Part shown: piece by piece, positions 15,650 to 24,106 of the stretch
How positions within the stretch are numbered: position 1 is the first letter of the stretch
Layout: every line of letters starts with the position of its first letter
DNA from: a virus
Lineage: Duplodnaviria > Caudoviricetes
Length of the DNA: 29,337 bases
Reading direction: 5' to 3' (one strand)
IMG/VR virus record: IMGVR_UViG_3300020045_001160
Span: 1 to 29,337 of that record
Program-made: the position numbers and the translations under genes
The notes under the pieces: generated by a model
The model's input: only the letters and a program-made list of their open reading frames with translations
Database searches by the model: none
Told to the model about the DNA's origin: nothing

Positions 15650-17209
15650 TCAAGCATACGGATTGGCTTTGCTCTTGCGTTTCTGCTCATAGTCAAAATC
15701 ATCCGGCTCGTCGTCTGGCACGATTTTACTGTCCAGTTGCCCTGTATCGCGCAGGTAAATCGCGGCTTGCGTCAGACAATCGACCGCCTCGTCGTGCTCG
15801 GCATTTGGGAATTGCTCCAGCTCCAACAGAAACGGGCGCACCCATGTTCGTGGCTTGCCGCGTTCCTTGTTGCTTTCCAGAACCCACCAGTTATCAGACT
15901 CGATCAACGGGGCTGTCATGTGGGCGCGGGTGATTTTGTCGGCTTTCCCGGGGTTATAGGCGAACACCGGGACATTGGCCATGCGCAGGTCCTGCAAAAG
16001 CGATTGCCCAGATCCTTTTTGTTCAACAATAATCACGTCAGCTTTTCGGCTGGGCTTCATGATGTCATCCTTGACGCCGCCGTATCGTGCACCCCAGTCT
16101 TCCATGACGCGCTCTTTCAGTGGTGTGTACTCCAAGTGGTCGCTCCACCAGTCCAGCAGAATCACGTTACGCCGCTGCTCATGCTCGAACACCCCCCACA
16201 CCGCGCATCCTGTCGGGTCGTTCATGGTCTCTTTGGTGAACGCTGTATCGTAAGACTGGCAGATGAAAAACAGGTCCGGTATGGCCCGGGTTGACGGCCA
16301 CAGCCTGAACTTCTCCGGCTTCAAGATACCACCACCAGCCGGTGCGGGCCGTTGCTGGAACTGCCCGGCCACTGCGTAGTCGCCCATGATCTTCTTATCG
16401 CGATCCACCACGGCCCGCGGGAATCGCTCGGGGAACAATAGCTCGCCCACCTTGGTGCGCGGGTCTTTGAAACCGATGGATGTGAGCTTGCGCGGTCCTT
16501 CGTACTCCATGGGCAGGCACAGATGGTCATAGCCCAAGTCGCCGCCGATGATCTCGCCGCTGATGTCCTTTTGATTCAGGCGCTGCATCACGATGATGAT
16601 GGCGCTTTTGTCTGGATTGTTCAGCCGTGTCGGGAGCGTCTCCCTGAATATTCGATTGGCACCCTCCAGCGCCTTGATGCTGTGTGCGTCCTCGACGGAA
16701 TGGGGATCATCCCACAAAACACGGTCGCCCCGGCGCCCCGTCATAGAGCTTACCGGGCAAGACTGACGCCAGCCAGTCAGCGAATTTTCAAAATAGGTTT
16801 TCTCATTTTGGTCATTCGTCAACTCCGTTGGCCAAAGCCGCTGATACCACTCGCTGGTGATCAACCGGCGCATCTTCATGTTGTCGCGCGTCGCCAACCC
16901 ACCCTCGTGACTCGCTCCGATGAAGCGCATGCTGGAGTTTCCTTTTGGCCCCCACTCCCAAGCTGGCCAGAATACAGCCGTGCACATGGATTTCATGGTG
17001 CCTGGCGGGATGTTGATCAACAACCGGGTGAGATGCCCCTTTGTCACCGCTTCCAAATGGTCACACATGGCGTCCATATGCCAACCGTGAGAATACGGTT
17101 GCGACGGCTCCAAAACAGGCCATGCTCGCTGGATGAAGTTGGACAGGCTGCGGGCGCAGTATTCGCGCTCTACCTCCAGCCAGTCCTCTTCCGTCAACAG
17201 ATCAAGCAC
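15650..17209 (-). CDS. terL: Terminase large subunit
   Basis: Walker A INIPPGTMKS, Walker B LWDDPH, IIIVMQRL, GQFQQRP, RNase H-like SYDTA ... HDEAVD. Confidence 0.95.
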   Translation of the reverse strand: MLDLLTEEDWLEVEREYCARSLSNFIQRAWPVLEPSQPYSHGWHMDAMCDHLEAVTKGHLTRLLINIPPGTMKSMCTAVFWPAWEWGPKGNSSMRFIGASHEGGLATRDNMKMRRLITSEWYQRLWPTELTNDQNEKTYFENSLTGWRQSCPVSSMTGRRGDRVLWDDPHSVEDAHSIKALEGANRIFRETLPTRLNNPDKSAIIIVMQRLNQKDISGEIIGGDLGYDHLCLPMEYEGPRKLTSIGFKDPRTKVGELLFPERFPRAVVDRDKKIMGDYAVAGQFQQRPAPAGGGILKPEKFRLWPSTRAIPDLFFICQSYDTAFTKETMNDPTGCAVWGVFEHEQRRNVILLDWWSDHLEYTPLKERVMEDWGARYGGVKDDIMKPSRKADVIIVEQKGSGQSLLQDLRMANVPVFAYNPGKADKITRAHMTAPLIESDNWWVLESNKERGKPRTWVRPFLLELEQFPNAEHDEAVDCLTQAAIYLRDTGQLDSKIVPDDEPDDFDYEQKRKSKANPYA

Positions 17210-17765
17210 GGGCCAGCATCAGCTCTTTAATGGCCGCATCGGACAGCTTGGCCGGATTAATGGTACGGGCCAAGGCAGGCGGCGCGTTGTTGATGATCTT
17301 GACGCTTTCCTTGTTGGCGTTGAGCAGGCCCAAACCAATCACAGAGGCGTCATTGCTCATCTTGGTCAGGATCGCCACACCCTTGAGCGACTCGATGGAC
17401 TGCGCATCCAGCGGACTCGAATCGTCAATCATCTGCACTTGGTTGTGCGCTATCCCTGCCAGCCGATGCGCAGTGGCACTACCGAATCGTGCAGCCCCCG
17501 CTAAGTGCGCGGAAATGGCCTTTAATTCATCAATCAGGGTTTGCGCACTAACTTGAGCACTAAAAGGCAACGATTTGAAAGCAGCATCCGCTGCAACTAC
17601 TTGATTTGCAACATCTTTTATGCGCACTACCTGAGCACAGCGCTTGCGGATAGAGCTTTCCGGCACGCCGTACTCTTTACCCAAAGATCGAGCCGACTCA
17701 CCAGCCAGATATCGGGCTTCCAGCTCATCCCATTTCTTGGTGCTCAGTGGCGATGGTCGTGCCAT
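17202..17765 (-). CDS. terS: Terminase small subunit (putative)
   Basis: N-terminal HTH (GESARSLGKEYGVPESSIRKR), C-terminal LSD..IKEL, overlaps the terL start. Confidence 0.7.
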   Translation of the reverse strand: MARPSPLSTKKWDELEARYLAGESARSLGKEYGVPESSIRKRCAQVVRIKDVANQVVAADAAFKSLPFSAQVSAQTLIDELKAISAHLAGAARFGSATAHRLAGIAHNQVQMIDDSSPLDAQSIESLKGVAILTKMSNDASVIGLGLLNANKESVKIINNAPPALARTINPAKLSDAAIKELMLARA

Positions 17766-17844
17766 GTATCAGCCTGTAATTGTGTTTGTACGCATTGGGC
17801 GATTTTATGCCGAGATGCAACACGTGCATAGATGTGAGAGTCAT

Positions 17845-17985
17845 GGGGACTTACTACGCTTGCGCGAAAGCTGACTGTCTTGCCCTTGTCGCATCCACTG
17901 ATGACACGGCTTGCGCCTCCGTGAGAGATTGCGGCCATTTATCCCCGTGGCCGCCCGGCTCAGCTTTCCGGAGAAAACGGGGTTT
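17845..17985 (-). ncRNA. Candidate structured RNA upstream of terS
   Basis: 9-bp closing stem GAAAGCTGA/TCAGCTTTC, internal hairpins, two GCAA tetraloops, TACAAT box at 17994-17999. Confidence 0.45.
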
Positions 17986-18137
17986 GATGCTGCATTGTAA
18001 CTATGCATTTATTGCATGCATGCTGATTTAACCACTAAGCAAACGATCAGGCAAATAGTTCTTGCAGCATCACTTACGCGTGTATAATAAATCCCATGGA
18101 CAGGCAATAAAGCAGGTTCGCAACAGGAGTAGAGATC

Positions 18138-18335
18138 ATGAACATCACAATCCAAATCAAAACGGTGTACGGCGAGGATAAAGCCTACCCTCTGTGCGAA
18201 AAATCTCAAATATTCGCTCGTATGCTTGGCACCAAAACACTGACAGAATCCGCTCTGCGCGACATCAAAGCGCTGGGCTACGATGTCAAAGTGGCGCCAC
18301 GTTTTTCGAATGCTGCGAATTGGGTATTTGCATGA
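18138..18335 (+). CDS. Small conserved phage protein
   Basis: 65 aa ..VYG..KAYPLCEKSQIFARMLGTKTLT....IK.LGY; AGGAG RBS; TATAAT at 18083-18088. Confidence 0.7.
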   Translation: MNITIQIKTVYGEDKAYPLCEKSQIFARMLGTKTLTESALRDIKALGYDVKVAPRFSNAANWVFA

Positions 18336-18481
18336 CAACCACTCAAGAAGACATCATGCGCCAGTGGTCACAGCACAACCCATTCCAGCGCGCCAGCACC
18401 GACCTCATCCGCAAAGTTCAGCGACTTTAACGCGAGCAGCGCCAGCCAAAACAGCCACAGGGCGAACCAGCGCCATTTTAA
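18332..18481 (+). pseudogene. Small gene with internal TAA (or a 32 aa peptide)
   Basis: MTTTQEDIMRQWSQHNPFQRASTDLIRKVQRL*REQRQPKQPQGEPAPF*; ATGA-coupled to the upstream gene. Confidence 0.4.
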
Positions 18482-18500
18482 CAACCGACACGCACAAATT

Positions 18501-18836
18501 ATGAAACTCACCATCAAACCATGCACCATGCTCGTCATTAACGACATCATGCAGCCACCACACAATTTAGACCCAATCCGCGTCATCATCGAGAACTTGG
18601 AGCCCGGCAAGGGCCGCGTCATCATTTCCTGCTACGACGCGGCCTGGGTTGGCTACTGGGGCGGTATGGGTGGCGGGACTGTTGATGAATACTTCCTTTC
18701 CAGTGATGCAGGACACCTTGTGAAAAACCTTGGATGCGCATCAGTCCTTCGTAAGTCGAAATCCGATATCGATTACTTGGTCCGCATCATCGTTGCCATC
18801 CAAGAAGCATTACGTCAACAATCGGAGTCAACATGA
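18501..18836 (+). CDS. Hypothetical conserved phage protein
   Basis: 111 aa, LDPIRV..E...PGKG..II.CY..AW..YWGGMG motif. Confidence 0.7.
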   Translation: MKLTIKPCTMLVINDIMQPPHNLDPIRVIIENLEPGKGRVIISCYDAAWVGYWGGMGGGTVDEYFLSSDAGHLVKNLGCASVLRKSKSDIDYLVRIIVAIQEALRQQSEST

Positions 18837-19204
18837 CGAACAAATCAGACATTGACGCAGCCATGGCTACCAGCACAAAAGCGCTACGTGAAGCAATACC
18901 AGTCAAGCTGACGCCTGCGCAACAAGTGCGAAAGTCAGAGGCTGCACTCATTACCCGGGGCGGTCGGCGCATGCCAAGCGGGCACCTCCAGCCTGACGCA
19001 GCCCAAGCGCTGGCCGAACTTTTGTCTGCAGGCTATGCAAAATCAACAGTGGCCGTGATCGTAGTCGCACTGCTTGATGCACGTAAAAAGATCAACCACA
19101 CTGGTGCATGCACCCAGCACACCGATTGTCATCCTTGTTGCGCGGCGACGTTGGCGTCAACTGAAACTGCGTGTACTGGCAAGCAGGTTTGCCGAAAGTC
19201 TTGA
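18833..19204 (+). CDS. Hypothetical protein, possibly DNA-binding
   Basis: ATGA overlap with the upstream gene; RGGRRMP..L.PDAAQAL motif. The 3' third overlaps a convergent gene and may be read-through extension. Confidence 0.55.
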   Translation: MTNKSDIDAAMATSTKALREAIPVKLTPAQQVRKSEAALITRGGRRMPSGHLQPDAAQALAELLSAGYAKSTVAVIVVALLDARKKINHTGACTQHTDCHPCCAATLASTETACTGKQVCRKS

Positions 19205-19322
19205 TTGGCATCATCCGTGGCGTGCGGGTGTAACCATCCATGTAGTGACCATCCTGCACTGGGTAGCTGGTCACAAAGTCGCGGCGGTTGTGGCAGGCGT
19301 AGAAGTTTGGGTCTAGGTTCAT
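19092..19322 (-). CDS. Small Cys-containing phage protein
   Basis: YACHNR...QDG...C.Y...D.RCAGC pattern; ATGA-coupled to the upstream gene. Confidence 0.6.
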   Translation of the reverse strand: MNLDPNFYACHNRRDFVTSYPVQDGHYMDGYTRTPRMMPIKTFGKPACQYTQFQLTPTSPRNKDDNRCAGCMHQCG

Positions 19323-19483
19323 AACTTACCCCACTTCTCAGGGCTATAAGCGCCAGAACTTATCAGAATTGCCAAAACAAACCACCATCCTGACGCGCCC
19401 TTCTCAAATACTGCAAACCAGCACCCTGAAAAAATTAGTGATTCGAAAATTAGGATGTAAATCAAATATGTGATGCTTTTCAT
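19319..19483 (-). CDS. 54 aa two-helix membrane protein
   Basis: MKSITYLIYILIFESLIFSGCWFAVFEKGASGWWFVLAILISSGAYSPEKWGKL; ATGA overlaps at both ends; below the ORF-track size cutoff. Confidence 0.7.
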   Translation of the reverse strand: MKSITYLIYILIFESLIFSGCWFAVFEKGASGWWFVLAILISSGAYSPEKWGKL

Positions 19484-19881
19484 GCAGCCACCTCGCATGT
19501 CTTGATGCCATTCAGTGCCGCGAGCGCCTGCACATACTCAATGAGGCTTGCCCCACGGCGCTTACTCATCAATGCGGTTGACTCGCGCAGAGACACCAAC
19601 TCACCCTCAAGTCCGGGAACGATTTCGCTGCTTTCCTTGGTGGCGACAGCGTGGCCACTGACCAGTAAAACCTTCCACTCGGCGGCGTTGCGCGGCTTGC
19701 CGAACCACTGATGGCCCGACTTGGCTATATCGCTCACCAGCGCATGAAACTTGGCGTTCTGGTCTGTCGTGCGGGTAGGCGCAGCCAATGTGACGCGGTG
19801 GCCGTCTGGAGCGTCCCATACAGCCTCTTGGCAGCGACGGCGGGCGATCTCATGCGACAGTACAAATATGCGCTTAGTCAT
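19480..19881 (-). CDS. ninB: NinB family recombination protein
   Basis: RTTDQNAKFHALVSDIA...W.G......WK...VPGLEGE.V.L..ST..MSK....LIEY. Confidence 0.85.
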   Translation of the reverse strand: MTKRIFVLSHEIARRRCQEAVWDAPDGHRVTLAAPTRTTDQNAKFHALVSDIAKSGHQWFGKPRNAAEWKVLLVSGHAVATKESSEIVPGLEGELVSLRESTALMSKRRGASLIEYVQALAALNGIKTCEVAA

Positions 19882-20165
19882 TCTTTCACCTCGGCCAATC
19901 TCGCTTCGCCATACAAGCTTGCGTATGCCACCAAGTCTTCAATGCTGTCGATATGCGGCTCAGTGCGCTGGTTGTCGCGCACCATCTTGAGCAATGCCAT
20001 CAAAAGCCATCCATCCGACTCAGTCATGGACTGCCCGGTAACGGCGTTGTAAGCCGCAACGGTTGCCGCCATGCTGCGTTCACCTTCTGGCTTGTCGTAA
20101 GTGGCTGCGCGGGCCTGCATGTGGGATGCGGCTTTGTTTAACAGTTGGGGAGCCGTTGTTTTCAT
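19878..20165 (-). CDS. DUF6378-like phage protein
   Basis: RAATYD...ERSM.....AYNA.TG......GW..M.LLK.VR.....H.DS.ED..AY..L; start at ATG 20165. Confidence 0.7.
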   Translation of the reverse strand: MKTTAPQLLNKAASHMQARAATYDKPEGERSMAATVAAYNAVTGQSMTESDGWLLMALLKMVRDNQRTEPHIDSIEDLVAYASLYGEARLAEVKE

Positions 20166-20521
20166 TCTTGCATCGCTTTCAGTTGCTTGGTTGTCGTGTA
20201 AAGAGGAACTGGAATACCAGCGGGCCATAGTCCGCCTCGTACCAGTTCGCGCAAGGTTTGACGATGGCAGGCACTCCACATGCGCTCACGGTCCGCCCGG
20301 CTCATGAGTGAGCCTTGATCAAGTTCCGAATGACACACATGGCACAGACTGGCTACAAAAACGTCACTGGCTTTGATTGACCGGCCTTTGCCGTGTCTCG
20401 CCTGATTGCTGTGCGCCGCGACAACGGTGCCGTCATCTCGGCCACAGTTGGTGCATGGAATGGCTCTGCAGGCTTTAAGCAGCGCAGGGCTTCGGATGTA
20501 GTTGAACTTTTGCAGGCTCAT
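20162..20521 (-). CDS. DUF1364/YbcO-like Zn-binding putative nuclease
   Basis: PCTNCG..DGTVVAAHSN...GKG..IKA.D.....LCHVCH..LD. Confidence 0.75.
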   Translation of the reverse strand: MSLQKFNYIRSPALLKACRAIPCTNCGRDDGTVVAAHSNQARHGKGRSIKASDVFVASLCHVCHSELDQGSLMSRADRERMWSACHRQTLRELVRGGLWPAGIPVPLYTTTKQLKAMQE

Positions 20522-20871
20522 GGTGTTGGCCCCGTAGTCACCGCAAACTTCACAAACCCGCCGATTTCATCACTCACGAATGGGTGGCACACAAAGCGCT
20601 TGTCATCGATGCCCAATGCGTCGGCAATGCCATCACGGCCATTTTTGAAGCTGGCAATCATGTTGTCGTCGTCGCGGTGTCGCCGGTCTGGTGGGTAAAA
20701 AGTCAGCCACAGGTGCAAACGCCCTTCTGTTTCCGGCTTTACCAGCTTGGCTTCATTGCACAGGGCAAAGCAGGCCATGCGGTAGGCTTTGGCCTGCTTG
20801 CTTTTGACAGACCAATGAACGCGGGCATTCGGGCTCAGCTGTTTCGGTGGCCACGGCAGCGTGATCTTCAT
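20518..20871 (-). CDS. rusA: RusA-like Holliday junction resolvase
   Basis: LPWPP..LSPN...FYPPDRRHRDDDN...K...DGIADALGIDD. Confidence 0.8.
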   Translation of the reverse strand: MKITLPWPPKQLSPNARVHWSVKSKQAKAYRMACFALCNEAKLVKPETEGRLHLWLTFYPPDRRHRDDDNMIASFKNGRDGIADALGIDDKRFVCHPFVSDEIGGFVKFAVTTGPTP

Positions 20872-20960
20872 TGCTTACCCCCAATCGCACGCGCCAGAAG
20901 CATCGACAGCACAGCGACGGCGACAAACGGCAGCGCCAGGATGATGCGAAGTGTTTTCAT
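20868..20960 (-). CDS. 30 aa single-helix membrane peptide
   Basis: MKTLRIILALPFVAVAVLSMLLARAIGGKQ; ATGA overlaps on both sides. Confidence 0.6.
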   Translation of the reverse strand: MKTLRIILALPFVAVAVLSMLLARAIGGKQ

Positions 20961-21364
20961 GGCTTGAACTCCATCACCGCCTTGATGGCCGCATCGCTGA
21001 TCGTGTGTGCGCTTTGCTCTGTCCAGTGCGACGGGTAAAAGCCGTCCATGTCTTTCTTGAATTGCTCAATCAAGGCCATTTGCTTTTTTGTGTACGCTTG
21101 CTGCCCACTTGGTCGCATAGAGCATTCACGGCGCAATGATTCCTCAATAGATGTCTTTGCAATCATCATTGCCGCTGCCGCGGGTGCAGTCGCTGGCGTC
21201 ACATCGTATTCAAAGCGACGGCATCCATCCTTGTGCGCATAGGTCAATCGAAACGTACCAGCCGTCATGCTATCGGTGCTGCTGTCTTCGTGCCAGCGTG
21301 CAGATACCGGCACATATTTGCGGCCAACTTTTTTGTAAATCGCCTCTGTTGGTTTTTCGCTCAT
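20957..21364 (-). CDS. Hypothetical protein
   Basis: 135 aa, YKKVGRKYVPV N-terminal motif; translationally coupled. Confidence 0.65.
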   Translation of the reverse strand: MSEKPTEAIYKKVGRKYVPVSARWHEDSSTDSMTAGTFRLTYAHKDGCRRFEYDVTPATAPAAAAMMIAKTSIEESLRRECSMRPSGQQAYTKKQMALIEQFKKDMDGFYPSHWTEQSAHTISDAAIKAVMEFKP

Positions 21365-21564
21365 TTAGCTGCCTCGTATGGATTTGTGCTGACAAAGATT
21401 GATTTGCTTGATGCTTCGCTGATGCCTTCTTCAATATTCATTTCAGGCAATCTGGCGGCATATCTACCCGTCATATATTCCGCATATTCCGGCTGCGGTG
21501 GCGTGTTGGGTTTTCCGTTTTTCATGGTCATGATGTGATCTATTAGTTGTTGACGGGTTAGCAC
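21361..21564 (-). CDS. Hypothetical protein
   Basis: 67 aa ORF filling the operon gap with overlaps at both ends. Confidence 0.55.
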   Translation of the reverse strand: MLTRQQLIDHIMTMKNGKPNTPPQPEYAEYMTGRYAARLPEMNIEEGISEASSKSIFVSTNPYEAAK

Positions 21565-22208
21565 GCAGTATGTCCGATGAGTACTTCTGGCACGATGTTC
21601 TCAATGGCTGTAAATGCAATGGCAGTCTTGCCGCCCACTTGACCTCCGCTGTAGACGATCCTGGCAAGCTCAATATTTCCCACTACTGCAGGTTTTGGTG
21701 GCTTTAGCCCGATCTTCCGAAAGTCGTCATCAGAGCCCCTATCACCCATCAATCGGCGTTGATATTCGAACTTTCCGCGCCCAGTGTAGGCTTTGTGAGA
21801 TTGGCAAAAACGGTGCTGCAAATAGCTAAGTTCTGCTATGTCTGAGCGACATGTTTTTACCCACCCGCCACAGTCCTCAATCGCCGCATGAATGGCTGGA
21901 TCATCAAAAACAACATCAGAGTAAGCGCCTACGCTTGAAAGTGCTTCTAAGACCTTTCCCCATGCCAACATTGCACGATCTGTCGTTGTTCCAGATAGAA
22001 CCCGCACCATATCGGCCACCTTAGGGGCGTAAACACCCCGTTCTGCGTCCGTAGCGTGTGCGGTAAGGGCTTTGCCTACCTCTTCCATTTCAAACGACTG
22101 GCAGGCCGTCCACCAAACGTTCAAAGTGAAATCTGAAGCGTCTTTCGAGTAGTACGCGAGAACGTCCGTTACCATCTTTCCGAATGCTTGTTTGTCGGAT
22201 TGGTTCAT
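21558..22208 (-). CDS. DUF6475-like replication accessory protein
   Basis: PKVAD...AW.KV......VGAY..V.FDDPAIHA.I...GGW; directly follows the initiator (ATGA overlap at 22205-22208). Confidence 0.7.
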   Translation of the reverse strand: MNQSDKQAFGKMVTDVLAYYSKDASDFTLNVWWTACQSFEMEEVGKALTAHATDAERGVYAPKVADMVRVLSGTTTDRAMLAWGKVLEALSSVGAYSDVVFDDPAIHAAIEDCGGWVKTCRSDIAELSYLQHRFCQSHKAYTGRGKFEYQRRLMGDRGSDDDFRKIGLKPPKPAVVGNIELARIVYSGGQVGGKTAIAFTAIENIVPEVLIGHTAC

Positions 22209-22924
22209 GAGTCCGCCCACTTCCGTGCAATAGCTGCATTGCTGGCTTCTAGGGACTCCTGTTTGTTCAGGGGTTTGGCGGCTGGATTTTGTGCGTCAGG
22301 CTGAACACCATCCTCCCAGCGTCGGTTATTCAGGTAGACCTCTGGAGCCTCGATAAAACCACCCTGCCATTTCTGCGTACATTTTTTAATCGCGATGTCG
22401 GCAATGATTTCATCCTTTTTTTCATCAAGGGAATTTGCCGCCCATTTGTCGGAGCATTTCGATCGATCTTGCTTGCGTTCGTTTTTCGGCCAAGCATCCC
22501 AAAACTCATCAAACCCCGTAAGTATTCCTTCCTTTCCCTTCCCTTCCCTTCCCTTCCCTTCCTTCCTTCCTTCCGCTTTCACGCGTGCACACGCCACTTT
22601 CACGCGTGCCGGAATAGTGCTCTGTGCTTCGCGATTGTTGATTACTTGGTGTTCTTCAAAGGTTGGAATCTCCGCATAAGTCTTTCCTTCGGCCTCGTAG
22701 ATTACGATTAATCCGGCATCAGAAAGCTCTTTCCCCATCGCCAATATGTCGCATGAATCTGCTGGAAAGTAGCGAAGTTTGAATGTTCCAGGCTTCCACT
22801 CAAGCCGTCCTACTCGGTCACTTTCACACCACAGTGACACGTAAAAGAGGCGTGAAAGTGGCGTCAAAGATGTGATGTCTTCTGATGAGAAGAATTCAGG
22901 TTTAATGCATCTAATCCTAGCCAT
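22205..22924 (-). CDS. Phage replication initiator protein
   Basis: MARIRCIKPEFF N-terminus, F.EHQ.IN, EGKG linker, FDEFW.AWP, YLN.RRWED. Confidence 0.8.
   Translation of the reverse strand: MARIRCIKPEFFSSEDITSLTPLSRLFYVSLWCESDRVGRLEWKPGTFKLRYFPADSCDILAMGKELSDAGLIVIYEAEGKTYAEIPTFEEHQVINNREAQSTIPARVKVACARVKAEGRKEGKGREGKGKEGILTGFDEFWDAWPKNERKQDRSKCSDKWAANSLDEKKDEIIADIAIKKCTQKWQGGFIEAPEVYLNNRRWEDGVQPDAQNPAAKPLNKQESLEASNAAIARKWADS
22525..22610. repeat. Polypyrimidine tract plus iteron-like repeats (candidate origin) inside the initiator
   Basis: (TTCCC)n/(TTCC)n tract followed by two CTTTCACGCGTGC copies; an inverted ACGCCACTTTCACGC copy lies near 22850-22864. Confidence 0.5.
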
Positions 22925-23619
22925 TACGTTTGTCCTTGCTTTGTATTCATCTTGATCATGGTTCCTTGGAAAACTGGCGTAGGCGGAACATCCAAGTTGT
23001 AAAGGAATCCCTTCTTGTAGCCATAAACCGTCCCAAAGAAAAAGATCAACTTTGATTCAGCCTCGTATGCCTCGGCTTCCGTCAAATCTGTGAAAATGAT
23101 TTTCACGATGTCATCTTTGGCCCATCGCTTAGTTAATTTTTCAAGCATCTTCCCGTGGCCCTGGTTGCGCTTCAAATCGAACGCGCGATCACCGCAACCC
23201 TTCCCGACATAGAACGGGCGACCGCCATAAACGCCACCAGCCGCGTCAGCAAGGCGCATTACTGGACCTTCCGGGTTCAGGTGGGCGTAAACATAGAATT
23301 TACGTTCAGGGCTGTAGGCTCGACTCGAAAACAAATGCGCCCAATTCTGTTTCATGAGTGCCGGGAGATATTGCCCTGCAACATTCATGTTTTTACTGCC
23401 ATGGCTTAGAGGAAGAAAGTAGCTGGCGGAATTGATAGCCACTATTTCCTCGTTTTCCAATTGGTCGATATTGGCGGCGATGTTGTCGCAATCTGCGAAT
23501 CTAGTGCGCCTATATGTCTTGTATTCCGCATCTTTCTTGAACTTCAGAGCAATTTTTGCACTTGCAATCAAGTCTTCGAGATGCGAAACCGGGAGCATTT
23601 TTAACTGCTCAATATCCAT
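22924..23619 (-). CDS. Second GIY-YIG-like (LEM-3-like) nuclease domain protein
   Basis: KFYVYAHLNP...PFYVGKGCGDRA...LTEAEAYEAESKLI...G.LYNL; TAATG overlap with the initiator. Confidence 0.7.
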   Translation of the reverse strand: MDIEQLKMLPVSHLEDLIASAKIALKFKKDAEYKTYRRTRFADCDNIAANIDQLENEEIVAINSASYFLPLSHGSKNMNVAGQYLPALMKQNWAHLFSSRAYSPERKFYVYAHLNPEGPVMRLADAAGGVYGGRPFYVGKGCGDRAFDLKRNQGHGKMLEKLTKRWAKDDIVKIIFTDLTEAEAYEAESKLIFFFGTVYGYKKGFLYNLDVPPTPVFQGTMIKMNTKQGQT

Positions 23620-23623
23620 TGAA

Positions 23624-23713
23624 TCCCCTTTGAAGACCAGACTCAGGTAAGAATTCCGAGCCGGGTCAATCGTTGCGATTTAGTATCGGTCTGAATCTGG
23701 TCATCAAAAGGGA
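23624..23713 (-). promoter_or_regulatory. 23-bp RNA stem sequestering the RBS of the replication operon
   Basis: Arms 23691-23713 and 23624-23646 pair with two G-U and one mismatch on the minus strand; the 3' arm contains AAGGGGA. Confidence 0.6.
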
Positions 23714-23851
23714 GACTGCTTTCAAACCGGCTTTTCCGCTTCTTACGGCGTAGTTACATTTTACGACAATCCATCCATCATTCCTGACAAAATATACAAA
23801 CTCACCCGACATACAACAACTATTTTTTGCTTTAGTGAATTTGCTCATGGC

Positions 23852-23876
23852 AAAAAAATACCCGCACTAGGCGGGC
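23852..23876 (-). terminator. Rho-independent terminator
   Basis: CCCGC-ctagt-GCGGG followed by TATTTTTTT on the minus strand. Confidence 0.7.
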
Positions 23877-23899
23877 TTTGTGATTGGGTTGGGATGGCG

Positions 23900-24106
23900 C
23901 TAAAACAGACTTAATTGCTCACTGCGCACGACTTGGCTGGGCTTGATGCGTACTCGCTTGGCTGGGGTGTTGTGCGATGGTTTTCCGGTCCTGGGTTCTT
24001 CAATCATGGGGATTCTAAGCTTTCCAGCGCACACCGGACCGACGGGCATCCCAGCGAAGAAAGCTGCCGCCCGCAAAATGAATCTTGAGCAGCGGCCGCA
24101 CTTCAC
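23900..24106 (-). CDS. Small Zn-finger protein (CxxC...GPVC, DUF6011-like)
   Basis: GTG start overlapping the upstream TGA; KCGRCSR...GPVCA; C-terminal QLSLF resembles a beta-clamp-binding motif. Confidence 0.6.
   Translation of the reverse strand: MKCGRCSRFILRAAAFFAGMPVGPVCAGKLRIPMIEEPRTGKPSHNTPAKRVRIKPSQVVRSEQLSLF

Noticed and set aside
15251-16294. Long + strand ORFs (e.g. 15251-16294, 1418-2221, 9678-10511, 16523-17230)
   Set aside because: They are antisense shadows of well-supported minus-strand genes in GC-rich DNA and have no recognisable motifs.
17888-17930. Hammerhead ribozyme on the + strand (GTC...CTGATGA followed by a CACGG/CCGTG stem)
   Set aside because: The required GAAA after stem II is absent (AGAGA), and stems I and III cannot be formed.
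23666-23848. 60 aa minus-strand ORF
   Set aside because: It starts right after a terminator with no RBS and overlaps the structured leader; it cannot be excluded as a leader peptide but is unsupported.
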